NCBI GenBank assembly: GCA_002683155.1
Contig: NYST01000009.1
Span: 7,963 to 57,390, forward strand
Direction: 5' to 3'
DNA: 49,428 bases
DNA from: Methanobacteriota archaeon
GTDB lineage: Archaea > Thermoplasmatota > Poseidoniia > Poseidoniales > Thalassarchaeaceae
In this document: positions 48,701 to 49,428 of the stretch, one piece after another
How the letters are laid out: each line of letters starts with the position of its first letter
Numbering within the stretch: position 1 is the first letter of the stretch
Notes under the pieces: model-generated
What the model was told of the DNA's origin: nothing
Database searches by the model: none
The model's input: only the letters and a program-made list of their open reading frames with translations
Program-made: the position numbers and the translations under genes

Positions 48701-49428
48701 GACAACGGGCAGCTCGGAATTGGGTCAACTGTCTCAAGTAACACTCCCACCACGGTTACTCTCGGAGGGAATGCCGTCGCGGTAACCGCGGGTGGCTCCC
48801 ATACCTGCTCACTACTGCAGGGTAACAATGTAAAATGCTGGGGTGACAATAGCAAGGGACAGTTGGGCGATGGAGGGACCAACCAACAGAATGACGCGTC
48901 TACGGTTGGAGTCACACTGGCAGGTGCAATCTCAATTGACTCTGGAAGGGATCACACATGTGTGGTGGATTCTGGTGATTCTCTCCACTGCTGGGGAGGA
49001 GGCGATGATGGGCAATTGGGCGATGGGAGTAACTCTGAGCAGGTCTCCGCCCCTGTGGCAATAGACCTTGGTCAGAACCTAGGTGCTCTATCAATATCAT
49101 CCGGTGGGTCTTACACGTGTGTTGTTGGTAGCAACGACTTAGCCAGGTGCTGGGGGGGCGAGAGCAACTCAGGAGCCCTCTCCCTTGGAAACGAACCAGA
49201 AGACTTCCCCCTATCTAGATGGAGTTACATCGGCTCATCGGAGAGAGACTGGAACAATAACGGGAACCTGAACATCTTCGAAGTCAATGTCGGATCGGAT
49301 GGCGATGGAGATGGCTTCCCATCCAACGAGGACAGTGATGACAGCAATCCCACTGTGGCAGCTGACTGCTCATCCGGATCATACGGCAGATTCACCTGCA
49401 GACAGGCCACACCAGGATACTTCGTCAG
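45707..49428 (+). CDS. Large secreted S8 peptidase with an RCC1-repeat propeller and Asp-rich/Cys-rich repeats (runs off the right edge)
   Basis: Not in the ORF track; translated by hand from ATG 45707 after GGAGGAG. Signal peptide, then AVMDSG (~46562), HGTHVAG (~46737) and GTSMATP (~47492), seven HxC...CWG repeats (six with GQLG) at ~48180-49170, DGDGDG and C..GSY...C...TPGYF. Confidence 0.9.
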   Translation, partial: MSSGNAVRSRLSLMLVAVMLLPSILSISQLGLGSQELVERQDSNETIEVPGYLPFDQNSVDFEDPSHGWNWDEGNTGKAALYYRTASYVPIQEWEQVTGEALVSGWHALGHEYPIPSDWKEELEEIGLECRTFYAPQGFHCDVPRLSPATLLDAGVIGAFRLADIDKIAPDAFPIIEGESNGNAGMEGEKYLFRVLLSGPGHLSDLLKTGVELRDYRLQRFADVLVGPKEIEMLSEQPFIEWIEPTYAPTFDNQEASQIIGADWVTDSSNMMSHGGAVTGDGVIVAVMDSGLDTAVECSGVTNCDSLNSGVHADFSGRIMGVVSYNNCGACSDGTGGPNDYNGHGTHVAGSVLGDGSNSPNGEDNSGMAPGAYLFMQAVGYGNNDGSLAPPDYEDAYAEAYAAGARVHTNSWGTGPDACAPTQSNPTATNSPSCWAYYTSDTMELDAAANNYQDLTILFAMGNDGRDCTYASFGWQTTNCPSGQDGEINLGALNRQATAKNILSIGASENVRNTLALHSRSYFSVCGNCDWYGTPIKLDQEGDNAEGMAGFSNRGPTSDGRIKPDIVAPGTWIHSTKTSLRVASTDLGDYYTVKRGTSMATPITAGSVALVIEHLNAHGYNCNLAYNSASDNCPDSALVKAILSASAHDMQGQYSSGGDGENGAVERAPNNHEGWGRVDLERAMGSGFSEGIDITTSDMHSFKLSVPDSGVSTLRVVLSWNEAENSPSAGTQLRNDLDIFLKSPTGVLQTYDNDDVNNLVGISIDSPDAGDWEIIVTGENVIDGAQKYYLAASDGVITDMRHPVSENYNEPGFQSGSIFTETTMSTGEDHLCAILDDASLQCWGSNEFGQLGDGTTADRLTMTEVSLDAARTATSISSGKHHTCSILDNGELQCWGRNNFGQLGDGTETHSISPVGAVLSQVPVQISSGDWHTCSIMDDASLHCWGRNTDGQLGDGTNIDSSIPVSVSLGEKALAVSAGGSHTCAITESWALKCWGSNDNGQLGIGSTVSSNTPTTVTLGGNAVAVTAGGSHTCSLLQGNNVKCWGDNSKGQLGDGGTNQQNDASTVGVTLAGAISIDSGRDHTCVVDSGDSLHCWGGGDDGQLGDGSNSEQVSAPVAIDLGQNLGALSISSGGSYTCVVGSNDLARCWGGESNSGALSLGNEPEDFPLSRWSYIGSSERDWNNNGNLNIFEVNVGSDGDGDGFPSNEDSDDSNPTVAADCSSGSYGRFTCRQATPGYFV
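48178..49170 (+). repeat. Seven RCC1/BLIP-II-type protein repeats
   Basis: Coding repeats with a period of about 150 nt and consensus S/AG..HTC...CWG.N..GQLG.G. Confidence 0.9.

Noticed and set aside
1..49428. Mobile elements, prophage or defence systems
   Set aside because: No transposase, integrase, capsid, nuclease-effector or terminal inverted repeat was recognised.

Overview
A gene-dense 49.4 kb prokaryotic window, visually about 50% GC, with about 45 CDSs. I found no rRNA, tRNA, CRISPR array or mobile element. Several markers point to an archaeon: the AroA'/AroB' route, a GHMP-type shikimate kinase, RibL FAD synthase, an HTH-10 regulator and TATA-like boxes just upstream of start codons. 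The many large secreted or membrane-anchored S8 proteases suggest Marine Group II Thermoplasmatota (Ca. Poseidoniales), which is an inference. Housekeeping content: ileS (partial), nadE, hppA, ribB-ribL-ribE-ribH, trxB, aroA'-aroB'-aroK-aroC, xth and a MoxR/DUF58 module. The main points of interest are: (1) a single 1237-aa ORF fusing a secreted subtilisin-like protease to an AmpG-like MFS transporter; (2) a 210-bp island at about 21% GC with five exact TAATGTGGTA boxes, arranged like a replication origin or operator array; (3) directly downstream, a fused E1 alpha/beta 2-oxoacid dehydrogenase with an N-terminal zinc-ribbon extension; (4) a molybdoenzyme operon resembling 4-hydroxybenzoyl-CoA reductase (HcrCAB), with its maturation genes nearby; (5) a recurring NTCAAR promoter-like motif 21-24 nt upstream of starts; and (6) small ORFs that the ORF track missed or over-extended.
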